From the NCBI GenBank assembly GCA_963705255.1, contig OY970061.1, forward strand, positions 2,336,001 to 2,400,000: a DNA stretch of 64,000 nucleotides, read 5' to 3'. This DNA comes from an uncultured Methanoregulaceae archaeon. Lineage in GTDB: Archaea; Halobacteriota; Methanomicrobia; Methanomicrobiales; Methanospirillaceae. The position numbers were made by a program, and so were the translations under genes. The notes under the pieces were generated by a model that was not told where the DNA came from, did no database searches, and saw only the letters and a list, made by a program, of their open reading frames with translations. Shown one piece after another: positions 39,244-49,836 of this stretch; position 1 is the first letter of the stretch; every line of letters starts with the position of its first letter.

Positions 39244-39960
39244 TTATTTCGAACCGGCTGCACCGACCACGATGGGAAGTGCTGAAATAATCTCGGGGAG
39301 CATCTCGGCCGGCAGACCCATGACCATCTCGTCATCGGCAATCCCGGAGAATCTCCTCGACCCGTCACAGCCGAGCGAGAAGTTCGGTCGTCCGGTCAGG
39401 TAGGTCTGGGCTGTTGCGTCCGAGCAGACCGACTGGATGCCGGAGAACTCGGCATAAATTCTCCCGCCGAGCCGGAAGAGCGAACTCTGCGCAAGTTTGA
39501 GCATTATCCGGGGGTTCGCGACGATCAGGATGACCTGGGGGGTGAACGGGGTCTTCTCCAGCGGGGCATAGAGCGTTGCATACGTATCGCCCGGGTTGAG
39601 GTGGGAGACCTTGTCGATCGTCCGCTTGCAGGCCGCAGCACTGTCAAACTTTCCCAGTTTGAAATAGAACTCCCCGCTCTTCAACGTCGGGGTTATCTCG
39701 CGGAGCCCCAGCGACCAGGCACCGCCGTTACACTCGTGCTTTCCCGACGTCGCGTAGAAAATCTTCCCTTCGGTTCTTGCCAGGTTCACCATCGAACAGT
39801 GCCGGATGGTCTTGTCGAGTTCTTCCATCCCGGCCGGGATCTCTTCTTTTGTTGTTGCGAATTTGAGTGCAACAGGGGATCCTTTGAGCCCGAGTACTCT
39901 TTTGAGCGTCACTGCTGCTTCAGGATAATCTATGGCTATTTTCATTGGTTCGTTGCTCAT
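39244..39960 (-). CDS. DUF169 family protein
   Basis: LGLKGSPVA, RHCSMV, C..G...LG, QSVCSD, SLGCDGSR. Confidence 0.88.
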   Translation of the reverse strand: MSNEPMKIAIDYPEAAVTLKRVLGLKGSPVALKFATTKEEIPAGMEELDKTIRHCSMVNLARTEGKIFYATSGKHECNGGAWSLGLREITPTLKSGEFYFKLGKFDSAAACKRTIDKVSHLNPGDTYATLYAPLEKTPFTPQVILIVANPRIMLKLAQSSLFRLGGRIYAEFSGIQSVCSDATAQTYLTGRPNFSLGCDGSRRFSGIADDEMVMGLPAEMLPEIISALPIVVGAAGSK

Positions 39961-39997
39961 ATCGTTACCTCAAGCCTCCCGTTATGGAATGCCACAA

Positions 39998-40013
39998 TTA
40001 CCCATATGGGTAA
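39998..40013. promoter_or_regulatory. Candidate operator copy 2
   Basis: Perfect palindrome TTACCCATATGGGTAA next to TATA-like TTTAAGTA (minus strand). Confidence 0.65.
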
Positions 40014-40072
40014 AAATACTTAAACGTACGTAAGCGCGCAAAAAATGATTTTACGGGAGTCGCAGAGACCCC

Positions 40073-40465
40073 TTACCGCGGGCATTTCGGGCATCGTCCT
40101 TCAGACGCTTTCCGGCAGCCTGCCATCTCGATACTCTTCCCGTTGACGAGTGCATCGGCAATCTTGCGACGGGTTTCGTGCAGGTCGCGCCACGCCGTCT
40201 TGCGCGAGACCCCGAGTTTTTCTGCGGCCTCTTCCTGTTCAAGTCCTTCGAGGTCGATGAGCCGTATCAGTTCGATCTCTTCAGGCTGAAGCGAGATACC
40301 CGTTCCTTCCTGCTCCGGGCAACAGCAGGGGGTGTAACAGCATGATTCTGACGTACTGTTGATGGTGCGCCTGAGCCGCGGCCTTCCCCGCCGGGGACAC
40401 GGTGTCTCCACGTTACTGTCGCTGGTCAATTGCTCTCCCTTACGGATCAATATGGCATCCTTCAT
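40073..40465 (-). CDS. DUF134 HTH protein, Cys-rich
   Basis: GRPRLRR, EIELIRLIDLEGLEQEEAAEKLGVSRKT, RRKIADALVNGK. Confidence 0.9.
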   Translation of the reverse strand: MKDAILIRKGEQLTSDSNVETPCPRRGRPRLRRTINSTSESCCYTPCCCPEQEGTGISLQPEEIELIRLIDLEGLEQEEAAEKLGVSRKTAWRDLHETRRKIADALVNGKSIEMAGCRKASEGRCPKCPR

Positions 40466-40468
40466 GAT

Positions 40469-40801
40469 TTAACGTTCGTATGGATTCTCATAAAAATGCA
40501 TTCCGGACTTCGCGGCAGGGAGTTTTTTCGGGATCCGGAGCGTCTTTTCCACCCGGTATCTCCCGACAAAGCGGTACGGATCGGAAGGATCCCGTACCCT
40601 CTCGATTTTTGTCACCCTGTACGGGCAGAGGTACGTCGGGTTCTGGTAAATCCGCTGGAAATACCCGGCTATGACCGGGGAACACCTTTTTTTCAGGTGA
40701 AAATAGGAGCGGAATTCCTGGACGGTGACCCAACGCTCCGACCGGGGGTCTGCCTCCATATAGTCTTTGAGCAGTTCGTAGATCTCCGGATGACTGGTCA
40801 T
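40469..40801 (-). CDS. Hypothetical basic protein (possible winged helix)
   Basis: 110-aa ORF ending 3 bp before DUF134 start. Confidence 0.65.
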   Translation of the reverse strand: MTSHPEIYELLKDYMEADPRSERWVTVQEFRSYFHLKKRCSPVIAGYFQRIYQNPTYLCPYRVTKIERVRDPSDPYRFVGRYRVEKTLRIPKKLPAAKSGMHFYENPYER

Positions 40802-40855
40802 AGCCGCGACAGAGGGTCAGGAATTGTCATGGCAGGGACCGGATCTGACACCGGA

Positions 40856-41086
40856 TCACTGACACCTCGGCCCGTGGCCGCAGCGGTGCTGGTTGCCCTT
40901 CGGGAGAAAGCCTGACTCGCAGCAGCAGGTATCGCCGAATTTTTTGGGAGACGTGCATTCTTCACGGTGGCTGGGGGTGCCCGGGCGGTGCCGGTGCTGT
41001 TCTCCGCACGCGCAGGTGTGCAGGGTAGTAGATTCGTCGTCGGTTTTTTGGATATCACTGGGTGGTTGCTGTGTATCTTCTGGCAT
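40856..41086 (-). CDS. Cys/His-rich small protein (metallothionein-like)
   Basis: 76 aa with 8 Cys and 6 His in the C-terminal 55 aa; GGTGA ribosome-binding site. Confidence 0.65.
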   Translation of the reverse strand: MPEDTQQPPSDIQKTDDESTTLHTCACGEQHRHRPGTPSHREECTSPKKFGDTCCCESGFLPKGNQHRCGHGPRCQ

Positions 41087-41119
41087 GTGTTCACCAACCG
41101 TACGGTTGCCGTACGATAA

Positions 41120-41138
41120 TTACTCATATGCGCATAAA
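41120..41138 (-). promoter_or_regulatory. Candidate operator copy 3
   Basis: Minus strand TTTATGCGCATATGAGTAA just downstream of TTTTAAAC. Confidence 0.65.
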
Positions 41139-41219
41139 TGTTTAAAACCTTGTTATCCGGGCACTCCCTTCCGAAGCGGAATGAACCGGTATCCCAATCC
41201 GGTGCAAACGGAGAACGTT

Positions 41220-41531
41220 TCAACCCCAGATCGGGTCATTCCCGAACCGGTTCATCCAGAACTCCCGGGAGTCATAGTCAGTGCCTTTCCTGATATCTTC
41301 TGCAAGAAACGAGATCTCATAATTCATGCTGTACTCCACCAGGATGTCATACGCTTCCCTGATACGGATAAACGTCTCGTGGGAGAGATCAGGATCGTGA
41401 CCGGAAACATCCGGGTGCCACTCTTTGGCCAGTTCCCGGAAACGGGCGTGTATCCCATTCAGGCTTCCCCTGCCGGGGATACCAAGGACTTCGGCAGCTT
41501 CCGGAACGGTCATGGTCGGCCGGGTTGTCAT
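41220..41531 (-). CDS. Small J-domain (DnaJ-like) protein
   Basis: EVLGI...FRELAKEWHPD...IREAYDIL. Confidence 0.85.
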   Translation of the reverse strand: MTTRPTMTVPEAAEVLGIPGRGSLNGIHARFRELAKEWHPDVSGHDPDLSHETFIRIREAYDILVEYSMNYEISFLAEDIRKGTDYDSREFWMNRFGNDPIWG

Positions 41532-41623
41532 CAGGAAACTGTTAGTGAACACCCTCCATAATAATTTCCGGTATCCCGGGCGAAAACGAAAGAACTAATC
41601 TCTGACCTGCCCGATGGTTCTTG

Positions 41624-42475
41624 ATGAACAAGCGGCTTACCCTCACCGTCCTTGTCGATAATACCACCCTCACGGATAACGATTTCTGTGGTGAGGCCGG
41701 GCTCTCGTTCCTCTTGGAAACTGACGGAAAGAAGATCCTCTTTGATACCGGCTTGTCAGGGTTGTTCCTCACCAATGCAGCGAAGATGTGCATCGGCTTA
41801 TGGGACCTGGACTTCATCGTCCTCTCGCACGGACACATTGATCATACCGGAGGGCTTGCCGCGCTCGCCCGGCACCTTGTCGATGCAACGCCAGAGGAGA
41901 GGCAGCCCCGGGTGCCGGAACTCATCGCCCATCCCTGCTGCTTCTGGCCCAAAGAAAAAGATACCCGGAAAAACGGCTCGGCTGTGAGCGAGGAGGAGGC
42001 CCGGCGGCAGTTCCCGGTTAACCTGTCCGTAAAACCGGTCTGGATTACGGATGATCTGGTCTTTCTCGGGGAAATCCCCCGGAAGTTCGCGTTTGAGCGG
42101 ATGGACCCGGGGAAGCGGACGGTTATACTGCCCGATGGCAGGATGGAACCCGACCAGCTCCTAGATGATTCCGCGCTTGCCTATCGTTCCGATAACGGAC
42201 TGGTCATCATAACGGGATGCTCCCATGCGGGAATCTGCAATATCACAGAATATGCCCGGGAGGTCTGCGGGGAGAGCCGTGTTGCGGATATTATCGGCGG
42301 CCTTCATCTCCTCTCCCCGGAACCGGAACGGATGAAAAAGACGGGAGAATACCTTCAGGAGCTTCACCTTAAAACCCTGCACGCCAGCCACTGCACGTCG
42401 CTTATGGCAAAACTTTCGCTTGCAAAATATTGCCCTGTGCAGGAAACGGGTGTGGGTGTGAAAATTGCATGGTAG
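41624..42475 (+). CDS. MBL-fold metallo-hydrolase (COG1237-like)
   Basis: LFDTG, SHGHIDHTGG, TGCSHAG, GGLHL, HCT. Confidence 0.9.
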   Translation: MNKRLTLTVLVDNTTLTDNDFCGEAGLSFLLETDGKKILFDTGLSGLFLTNAAKMCIGLWDLDFIVLSHGHIDHTGGLAALARHLVDATPEERQPRVPELIAHPCCFWPKEKDTRKNGSAVSEEEARRQFPVNLSVKPVWITDDLVFLGEIPRKFAFERMDPGKRTVILPDGRMEPDQLLDDSALAYRSDNGLVIITGCSHAGICNITEYAREVCGESRVADIIGGLHLLSPEPERMKKTGEYLQELHLKTLHASHCTSLMAKLSLAKYCPVQETGVGVKIAW

Positions 42476-42568
42476 GGTTCCGGCAGGGTTATCCCGCCCG
42501 TTATTAAAGAAATTTTCATTCAGGGTACGGCAAGAAATTATCATGAAAGGTCCCTGTCATCGCGTCCA

Positions 42569-43720
42569 TTATCGTTGTGGCGACAAAATCATCGTGGATC
42601 TGCTGCTGGTCGTGCAAACCCGGAATTTTTCTTTCGGCACGAGAATTTCGAACCGGACACCTTTCCCATACACACCCGACTCTTTGATGGAGAGGCCGGT
42701 GATGGCAAGGATCTCCCGCGAGAGGAACAGACCGAGACCGGTATTTTTCCCGAATCCCTTCTCGAAAATCCTTTCTTTGTCCGACTCATGGACCCCGATG
42801 CCATCATCTTCGTACACGATTGCGAGGGTATCCTGACCATACTGCAATGAGGAAAATGAGATATGCCGGACCCGTTCCCCATGCCGGCGTGAGTTGTCGA
42901 TCAGGTTCTCAAAGACTTTTTCGAGGAGCGGATCGGCAAAGATCTCAAGTCCCTCAACATTTATCGAAACCTCGATCTCCCCGCGGGGAATGAGAGATTG
43001 CAGCGCCTTCAGATGCACGCCGATATCCTGCCAACGGGGGGAGTGGACCCCGATATCCTCGTAATTTTTCGTGAATTCGATCTGCCTCTGGATGGCCTGC
43101 GCTGCGAGATCTTCCCGTTCAATATAATTCTGTATGTTCGGTTCCGTACACTCCTCCTTGGAAAGTTCAATGAACGCCATGAGCCCCATCAGCTGGTTCC
43201 TGATATCGTGGCGGGTGATACTGGAGAGAAGGTTAAGCTTTTTGTTGGCAGTCTTAAACGCGCTCTGCGACGATTCGAGCTGGGAATTGATCTCGGTCAG
43301 TTCCCGGTTCCGTTCAATGAGCTGGTCGCGGTAGCAGTTCATCCGTTCTGCAATATAACCGACCACGGACGCTACGATTACGAACATGCAGGCGCGGATG
43401 ATTGCATCGGATGAGATTATCCCCATCGTGAGATATGTATCCGCAATGTGGAGGGCTCCAAAGAAGAGCGCTATCAGGATGGCCTTCCTGCCGTACCACA
43501 GCCCGGCAAGAACGATGATGAGGTAATAGAAATGCGTGTATACGACCGCGATGTGCATCTGGTAATGGACGATAAATTCAAGGAGGAGTCCCAAGATGAT
43601 CAGGAATGCAAACGCATAGGGTTTGGGCTCATTCAGGGACTTCCACCACGGTCCTCCTATGTCACACTTTTGCAAAACCGAACCTCGTTCATCCTGTCTC
43701 TCTGGATAATTATGGGACAT
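42569..43720 (-). CDS. Membrane sensor histidine kinase
   Basis: LLSSITRHDIRNQL, ENLIDNSRRHG, DDGIG, GLGLFL. Confidence 0.92.
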   Translation of the reverse strand: MSHNYPERQDERGSVLQKCDIGGPWWKSLNEPKPYAFAFLIILGLLLEFIVHYQMHIAVVYTHFYYLIIVLAGLWYGRKAILIALFFGALHIADTYLTMGIISSDAIIRACMFVIVASVVGYIAERMNCYRDQLIERNRELTEINSQLESSQSAFKTANKKLNLLSSITRHDIRNQLMGLMAFIELSKEECTEPNIQNYIEREDLAAQAIQRQIEFTKNYEDIGVHSPRWQDIGVHLKALQSLIPRGEIEVSINVEGLEIFADPLLEKVFENLIDNSRRHGERVRHISFSSLQYGQDTLAIVYEDDGIGVHESDKERIFEKGFGKNTGLGLFLSREILAITGLSIKESGVYGKGVRFEILVPKEKFRVCTTSSRSTMILSPQR

Positions 43721-43813
43721 ATGGGTTAATAATAATCACCTTGAACAATCCCACGGCTCTTTCACGTCCGTTTCGAAATTCCTGTGAATATTACGGAAAA
43801 TTCCAAGGGAACG

Positions 43814-45079
43814 TCATGGAGCAGCCTTCCTGCGGAAAAAAAACCACGTTCCGCCGATCAGGAGCCCGATACAACCGATAACCCATGAATCCGGGCTGAG
43901 AAATGCGATAAGCCCGATACAGCTCACCGCCCCCATGGCCGGGACCCATGAGGGATACCGCTGGTGCTCCTGCGGCAGCCTGAGTGCGGCGAGGTTGGCG
44001 ATCAGGTAGTAGAGCAGCATGGCAAACGTGCCGACCGCGACGACCAGCGCAAGGTCGGCGAGAAGGAGGGCCGCGATCATGCAGGCACCGGTGATCGCGA
44101 TGGCGTAATGCGGTGTGCTGAACCGGGGATGGATCCTGCCAAAGAGCAGGGGAAGATCCTGGCTGCGGGCCATGGAGAAGACGATGCGGGATATCCCCAT
44201 GATGGTGGTCAGCAGCACGCTTGCCGTTGCGATCATCGCCCCGGCTGAGATGAGGAGGACGGCCCCTGAACTTCCGGTCACCGCGATTGCATCGGCAAGG
44301 GGCGAACCGGAGTGAGCGAGGGCGGGGGCACCGGCAAGGCCGACAGCGACCATGCTCACGAGCAGATAGATGACGGTCGAGATCCCGAGCGCGAGGTAGA
44401 TGGAGCGCGGGATGGTCTTCTCCGGGTTCTGTACTTCCTCGGCCATGATGGTGACCCGGGCAAAGCCGGTATAGGCAAAAAAGATGAGGGCCGCGCCGCC
44501 AAGGACCCCCATCGATCCTTCGGGGGCAAGGGGGGTGAAGTTCCCCGGCCTGAAAAATCCCAGCCCGAAGGCCACGAAGAACAGGAGGATCAGAACTTTA
44601 AGCGTGACAAGGACGTTGTTGAACAGTACCGATTCCCTGAGCCCGACGTAATTGATGAGAATGAAAAAAAAGCAGATGACAAGGGCGATGATTTTTACCG
44701 GCACGGCAGGGAAGATGGTGACAAAATAATGGGCGAAGCCCAGCGAGACCGCCGCCCCAACGAAGATGTTGGAGAAGATCCAGATCCAGCCGGCAATAAA
44801 TCCGGCGAAGGGGGAGATGAGCTTTTGCGCGTATGCATACGTCCCGCCCTCTTCCGGGAGGCAGGCGCCGAGTTCGGCCACGCTCATGGCCGAGAAGACG
44901 GCAATGACCCCGGCGATGAGTACGGACAGGACCATTGCAGGGCCTGCAATACCGGCGACAATACCGGTGACGATGAAGATACCGGAGCCGATGATCGCAC
45001 CGATGCCAAGTGCTGTGGCGCCAAAGAGGCCGATCTCGCGTCTCAGAACAGGGGGCTTGACCCCGGTATCGGGCATCAA
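43814..45079 (-). CDS. APC family amino acid permease
   Basis: GAIIGSGIF, GGTYAY, FFAYTGF, AEEVQNPEKTIPR. Confidence 0.92.
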   Translation of the reverse strand: MMPDTGVKPPVLRREIGLFGATALGIGAIIGSGIFIVTGIVAGIAGPAMVLSVLIAGVIAVFSAMSVAELGACLPEEGGTYAYAQKLISPFAGFIAGWIWIFSNIFVGAAVSLGFAHYFVTIFPAVPVKIIALVICFFFILINYVGLRESVLFNNVLVTLKVLILLFFVAFGLGFFRPGNFTPLAPEGSMGVLGGAALIFFAYTGFARVTIMAEEVQNPEKTIPRSIYLALGISTVIYLLVSMVAVGLAGAPALAHSGSPLADAIAVTGSSGAVLLISAGAMIATASVLLTTIMGISRIVFSMARSQDLPLLFGRIHPRFSTPHYAIAITGACMIAALLLADLALVVAVGTFAMLLYYLIANLAALRLPQEHQRYPSWVPAMGAVSCIGLIAFLSPDSWVIGCIGLLIGGTWFFFRRKAAP

Positions 45080-45246
45080 TTACCCTTTTTCCTGATGGTT
45101 ATTAATGATGCAGGTAGGTGAACGGCACCGGGACGCCCGGGGCAGGAAGCGGGCGCTCTGGAACTTCTGCCGGTTATTGATCTGGATCTTCCCATATACA
45201 TATAACAAAAATTGAATTATATTCTCCATACAGTGGTTGTCTGAGA

Positions 45247-47712
45247 GTGTCTGTGAAGAAAAGAGGGGAAACAGTCGTGCCCGGGACGAAAAAGAAAAAA
45301 GCAGAATTGAAAATTTCAGGAATGAGCTGCGCGACCTGTGCTGTCAACATCGAGGATTCCCTGTCGAAGATCAAGGATGTCTCAAAGGCTCAGGTGAATT
45401 TTGGCACTGATACCGCCCATGTCGAATTCGATCCGGAAAAAGTCACGCTTGCCGAGCTGGAAAATGCGGTCAGGGACGCGGGGTATGAGATTGTCAACCG
45501 TGAGGTTGTGATCAAAGTGGGGGGGATGGTCTGCGCCACCTGTGTCCAGACCATCGAAGCAGCTCTCCGTGCACTTCCCGGGGTCGTAAGCGTCTCGGTC
45601 AATCTCGGCAACGAGAAGGCCTATGTCACCTACAACCCCTCCGTCTCCGGAATAGATGAGATCAGGAAAGCCATCGAGGACTCGGGGTACCAGTACCTTG
45701 GGCTTTCCGGAGAGGTAAGCGACGAGATTGAGAGGAAAGCACGGGAAAAGGACCTGCACGACAAGCTCGTGAGGTTCTCCATCGGGTTTGCCGTGAGCAT
45801 CCCGCTCATGATCGCCATGTGGATACCTCTTCCCGTATCCATGCAGGCACTTGCGTATGTGATGCTGGTCATATCCACCCCCGTCTTTGTGTTTGTCTCG
45901 TACCCGATCTTCAGGGCGGCTCATATGGCATTGCGCAACCGCTCCCTCAATATGGATGTTATGTATGCGATGGGGATCGGTGTCGCATTCGTATCGAGTG
46001 TCATGGGCACATTCGGGATCGTGCTCACGACCGAGTTCATGTTCTATGATACGGCTATCATGCTCGCTGCGTTCCTGATGCTCGGGAGATATCTCGAAGC
46101 CCGGGCAAAAGGCAGGACTTCGGACGCGATCAAGAAACTTGCCGGACTCCAGCCAAAAACTGCGATAGTGCTTCGCAACGGCAACCGGGAGGAACTATCG
46201 GTCGAGGATGTCGTCGTCAATGACATTGTCGTCATCAGGCCGGGCGACAAGGTGCCGGTGGACGGGATCGTGGTGGAAGGAGAGAGCTATGTCGATGAAG
46301 CGATGATAACCGGAGAGCCGGTCCCCCCTCTCAAAACAACCGGGAGCAAGGTCGTCGGTGGTACAATCAACCAGAACAGTGTCCTCTCGGTGAAGGCAGT
46401 AAAAGTTGGCAGAGAGACCATGCTTGCCCAGATTATCCAGCTCGTGGAAGATGCCCAGGGTTCAAAGCCCGCGGTCCAGCGGGTCGCTGATACCGCTGTC
46501 ACCTTCTTTATCCCCGCAGTACTCGGGATTGCGGCTGTCGCATTTGTTGTCTGGTACTTTTTCCTCGGTGCTACGCTCCTCTTTTCCCTGACCGGTCTTA
46601 TCTCCGTCCTCGTGGTTGCCTGTCCCTGTGCGCTCGGACTTGCAACCCCGACCGCGGTCACTGTCGGGGTCGGGCGCGGTGCGGAACTGGGGATCCTGAT
46701 CAAGAACGGTGAAGCGCTGGAGGTCTCCGAAAAAGTGACGACGGTTGTATTTGACAAGACCGGGACGCTCACCAGAGGCAGACCGGAAGTAACTGATATC
46801 CTCGCAACCGGGATTTCCGAAGCGACTCTGCTGTCTTTTGCCGCGGGAGTGGAGAAGAACTCCCGGCATCCTCTGGCCCAGGCAGTCGTACGGATGGCCG
46901 GGACCAGGAATATACCGATTGAAGGGGCGGAACGGTTCGATACGTTCGGCGGTAAAGGTGTCTCCGCTCTCATCCTCAGGGAAGAGGTACTTGTTGGTAA
47001 CCGCACCTTCCTGCAGGAGAAGGGAATAGCAATCCCTGAAGGGATCGAGACCGCGATCTCCCGCTTTGAACAGGATGGAAAAACCGTAATTCTGGTCGCC
47101 GTCTCGGGACAGATGGCGGGAGCACTCGCTGTTGCGGATACCCTGAAGGAGACAACACAGGCCGCGGTCACCCGATTGAAAACGATGGGACTGAAGGTTG
47201 TCATGATTACCGGCGACAACAGGCGCACTGCCGATGCAATCGCCCGCCAGATCGGGATCGAAAACGTGGTCGCCGGGGTCCTTCCGCAGGATAAGGCAGC
47301 ACATGTTAAAGCACTTCAGGAAAAAGGGGAGGTCGTTGCCTTCGTGGGTGACGGGATCAATGATGCCCCGGCCCTCGCACAGGCCGACGTGGGCATAGCG
47401 ATCGGGGGGGGAACTGATGTGGCAATCGAGAGCGCGGATATTGTGCTCATCAAGGACAACCTTCTCGATTCGGTTGCAGCTATCCAGCTCTCAAAGAAGG
47501 TCATGGGAAGGATCCGGGGCAACATCTTCTGGGCATTTGCCTATAACTCGGCCCTGATCCCGGTTGCAGCAGGAGTACTCTACCCGTCCTTTGGTATCAC
47601 CTTCCGTCCGGAACTCGCCGCTCTTGCCATGGCGCTCAGCTCGGTGACCGTGGTCAGTCTCTCGCTCCTGCTCAAAACGTATATACCCGAAGCAAAAAAG
47701 GGTAATGAGTGA
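45247..47712 (+). CDS. copA: Cu(I)-translocating P1B ATPase
   Basis: Two GMxCATC domains, TGE, CPC, DKTGT, GDGIND, YN and MALSS motifs. Confidence 0.95.
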   Translation: MSVKKRGETVVPGTKKKKAELKISGMSCATCAVNIEDSLSKIKDVSKAQVNFGTDTAHVEFDPEKVTLAELENAVRDAGYEIVNREVVIKVGGMVCATCVQTIEAALRALPGVVSVSVNLGNEKAYVTYNPSVSGIDEIRKAIEDSGYQYLGLSGEVSDEIERKAREKDLHDKLVRFSIGFAVSIPLMIAMWIPLPVSMQALAYVMLVISTPVFVFVSYPIFRAAHMALRNRSLNMDVMYAMGIGVAFVSSVMGTFGIVLTTEFMFYDTAIMLAAFLMLGRYLEARAKGRTSDAIKKLAGLQPKTAIVLRNGNREELSVEDVVVNDIVVIRPGDKVPVDGIVVEGESYVDEAMITGEPVPPLKTTGSKVVGGTINQNSVLSVKAVKVGRETMLAQIIQLVEDAQGSKPAVQRVADTAVTFFIPAVLGIAAVAFVVWYFFLGATLLFSLTGLISVLVVACPCALGLATPTAVTVGVGRGAELGILIKNGEALEVSEKVTTVVFDKTGTLTRGRPEVTDILATGISEATLLSFAAGVEKNSRHPLAQAVVRMAGTRNIPIEGAERFDTFGGKGVSALILREEVLVGNRTFLQEKGIAIPEGIETAISRFEQDGKTVILVAVSGQMAGALAVADTLKETTQAAVTRLKTMGLKVVMITGDNRRTADAIARQIGIENVVAGVLPQDKAAHVKALQEKGEVVAFVGDGINDAPALAQADVGIAIGGGTDVAIESADIVLIKDNLLDSVAAIQLSKKVMGRIRGNIFWAFAYNSALIPVAAGVLYPSFGITFRPELAALAMALSSVTVVSLSLLLKTYIPEAKKGNE

Positions 47713-47720
47713 GGTATCGT

Positions 47721-47861
47721 ATGGCAATCGACCCGATCTGCAAGATGACCGTGGATGAGAAGACCGCGAAGTTCATGAGCGAGTACAAGGGGAAGAGATA
47801 CTACTTCTGTGCCCCGGGCTGCAAGAAAAAGTTCGACTCGGACCCGGCCAAGTACGCCTGA
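47721..47861 (+). CDS. YHS/TRASH domain protein (46 aa), missed by ORF track
   Basis: MAIDPICKMTV...YKGKRYYFCAPGCKKKFDSDPAKY. Confidence 0.92.
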   Translation: MAIDPICKMTVDEKTAKFMSEYKGKRYYFCAPGCKKKFDSDPAKYA

Positions 47862-48145
47862 GCGATCCGGTGGCTCCGGAAGGGCACTTTCCCGAGCGGA
47901 GGTTCTTTTCGGGATCCCCCTTTTCACTCCCTTTTTCCCAGCGTGTTCGTACCTGGGTGTTTCACCATCCGGGCCGGGTCTTGAATGAAGGTCTCATCCC
48001 GGGCCGGTAAAGGCCCGCAGAGCGGCTTTCCGGGTTCCGGTAACCGGAAAAGGAGTCAGATTCAAAGGAATTTTCACGTACTGTCATGGCATCAGCGGGA
48101 GGACACTTGACAGGAAAACGGAGCAAAAAAAAGGTTGGATTGATC

Positions 48146-49834
48146 TTACCTTGCTGGGATGATCAGTGAGCGCTCGCCGGCGGGCATGAACTCGCGGATT
48201 GCACCCTTTGCGAACTCGCGGCGGACTTCTGAGAAGTCGAACTTGAGCGACGGGTCTGCGAATGTGATCTTCATCAGCGGGGACAGGGTCCATGCATCTC
48301 CGCGTGCAATGTGGGCGGATCCGGCAATAGCGGCGTACTCTCCCTGGTGACCGACGTTCATTGCATAGTTCGGGTAGTTCGGTCCACGGAGCTCGCCGAC
48401 CAATCCCTCGTCGGGACGGATCGACATACAGTTTGCGGAACCGCACTGGTCCTGCAGGTCGTAGCCGAAGAAGCCGAGACGTGACCAGCCTTCCTTGTGC
48501 ATGAGCATGGAGAGGTACCAGCCGTTCAGGCCTGCGTTGGAATTTGCGGTTGCAAGTCCAACGGAGATACCTGATGCTGCTGCAAGGACGGAGGCACGCT
48601 GGGAACCACCGAAGTGGCTCTCGAGAGCGGTCGGGAACTGCTCGTACTGCTCCATACCGTAGAGGTTGACCTCGGTTGCGATGTCGCTGACGACTTCCTG
48701 GGTCGCCTTTGCCTTGCCGATGCCACCGTGCTTCTTCTTGACGTAGTCCACACCATACTCGGTGTAGTCATCAAGAATGTTGTCGGTGTATGCAGCGGTT
48801 GCATACTGGGTGAACCCGACACCACCGGACATGTAGGATCCGAGCCAGATCTGGTCGAAGAGCATCGTGCCTGCTGCAACGATCTCAAGAGATGACCTGA
48901 CGGGGTCGTTGGGGTACTTGCGGTCTGACTGGACCATGTCGCAGAAGTGTCCGAACTTGATGCCACCTGGCTCGTTCGGGCCACGTGCACGGCGGGCGGG
49001 CAGGATGTCTGCCATCTGGATGACACCGGCGTGTTTCGCGGCGAATGCAAGGTCGGCGACTGCTGCCTCACCGGCGCACATCTTGTACGCGCCGATGAAG
49101 GACATACCGATCTGCATCGCGGACCACCGGGAGGTGGTTCCACCATCGCAGGTCCTGCTGACGGTCGTGGGGATGTGTATAGCCTGCCACATCGACTTGC
49201 CGACGGCTGCCTTCAGCTGTGCTGCCATCTTGGCCGGGAAGAGCTTGTCGACGTTGAGCACGAACTGGGGCTCGAGGTCGTCTGCCATCTCGTCGTCGCC
49301 CGTGAAGACTTTCACGTAGCAATCGTCGACGAGTCCCGGGTGGGTCTCGACCATGTGTTCCTGGACAACGGCTGCACCGGGCATTGCGTGGTTCAGCACG
49401 TGGAGGTACTCGTTGATGGTCTCAGGGGTGACTTCCTTGCCGAGACGCTTCTGGAGCGTGCCGTGGGCGAGGTCGAGGCCGACGATGATCGTGCGGCGGA
49501 TGTCGTCCCACATCTGCTGCATAGCGGCGTTGTTGACAAAGTGCAGGTCATCGCCTTCGACAAAGACACCGGTGGTGCTGACTTCGTAGGATGTCAGCTG
49601 GCGCTGGCCGAGCGGAATACCGCCGCAGTGGCAGCGCTTGGGGTCGTACATGGAGATGCCGCGGTCCATCTCGGCCTTCTTTCCGGCCTTCATGAACTCG
49701 ACTTTTCTCGGGGACTGCTCAAGGCCCTTGCGCAGATAGACGGTGGACATTGCCTGGGGGTCTTCTGCAAACTTTGTCTTCATTGCCTTCAGGAAGAGCT
49801 TCTGGGTCCTTTCGATTTTAGCTGCTTTTGCCAT
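48146..49834 (-). CDS. mcrA: Methyl-coenzyme M reductase alpha subunit
   Basis: [43 protein letters not shown]. Confidence 0.99.
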   Translation of the reverse strand: MAKAAKIERTQKLFLKAMKTKFAEDPQAMSTVYLRKGLEQSPRKVEFMKAGKKAEMDRGISMYDPKRCHCGGIPLGQRQLTSYEVSTTGVFVEGDDLHFVNNAAMQQMWDDIRRTIIVGLDLAHGTLQKRLGKEVTPETINEYLHVLNHAMPGAAVVQEHMVETHPGLVDDCYVKVFTGDDEMADDLEPQFVLNVDKLFPAKMAAQLKAAVGKSMWQAIHIPTTVSRTCDGGTTSRWSAMQIGMSFIGAYKMCAGEAAVADLAFAAKHAGVIQMADILPARRARGPNEPGGIKFGHFCDMVQSDRKYPNDPVRSSLEIVAAGTMLFDQIWLGSYMSGGVGFTQYATAAYTDNILDDYTEYGVDYVKKKHGGIGKAKATQEVVSDIATEVNLYGMEQYEQFPTALESHFGGSQRASVLAAASGISVGLATANSNAGLNGWYLSMLMHKEGWSRLGFFGYDLQDQCGSANCMSIRPDEGLVGELRGPNYPNYAMNVGHQGEYAAIAGSAHIARGDAWTLSPLMKITFADPSLKFDFSEVRREFAKGAIREFMPAGERSLIIPAR

Positions 49835-49836
49835 GT

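Noticed and set aside
45247-47861. copA-YHS as a novel system
   Set aside because: Well-known archaeal copper export arrangement
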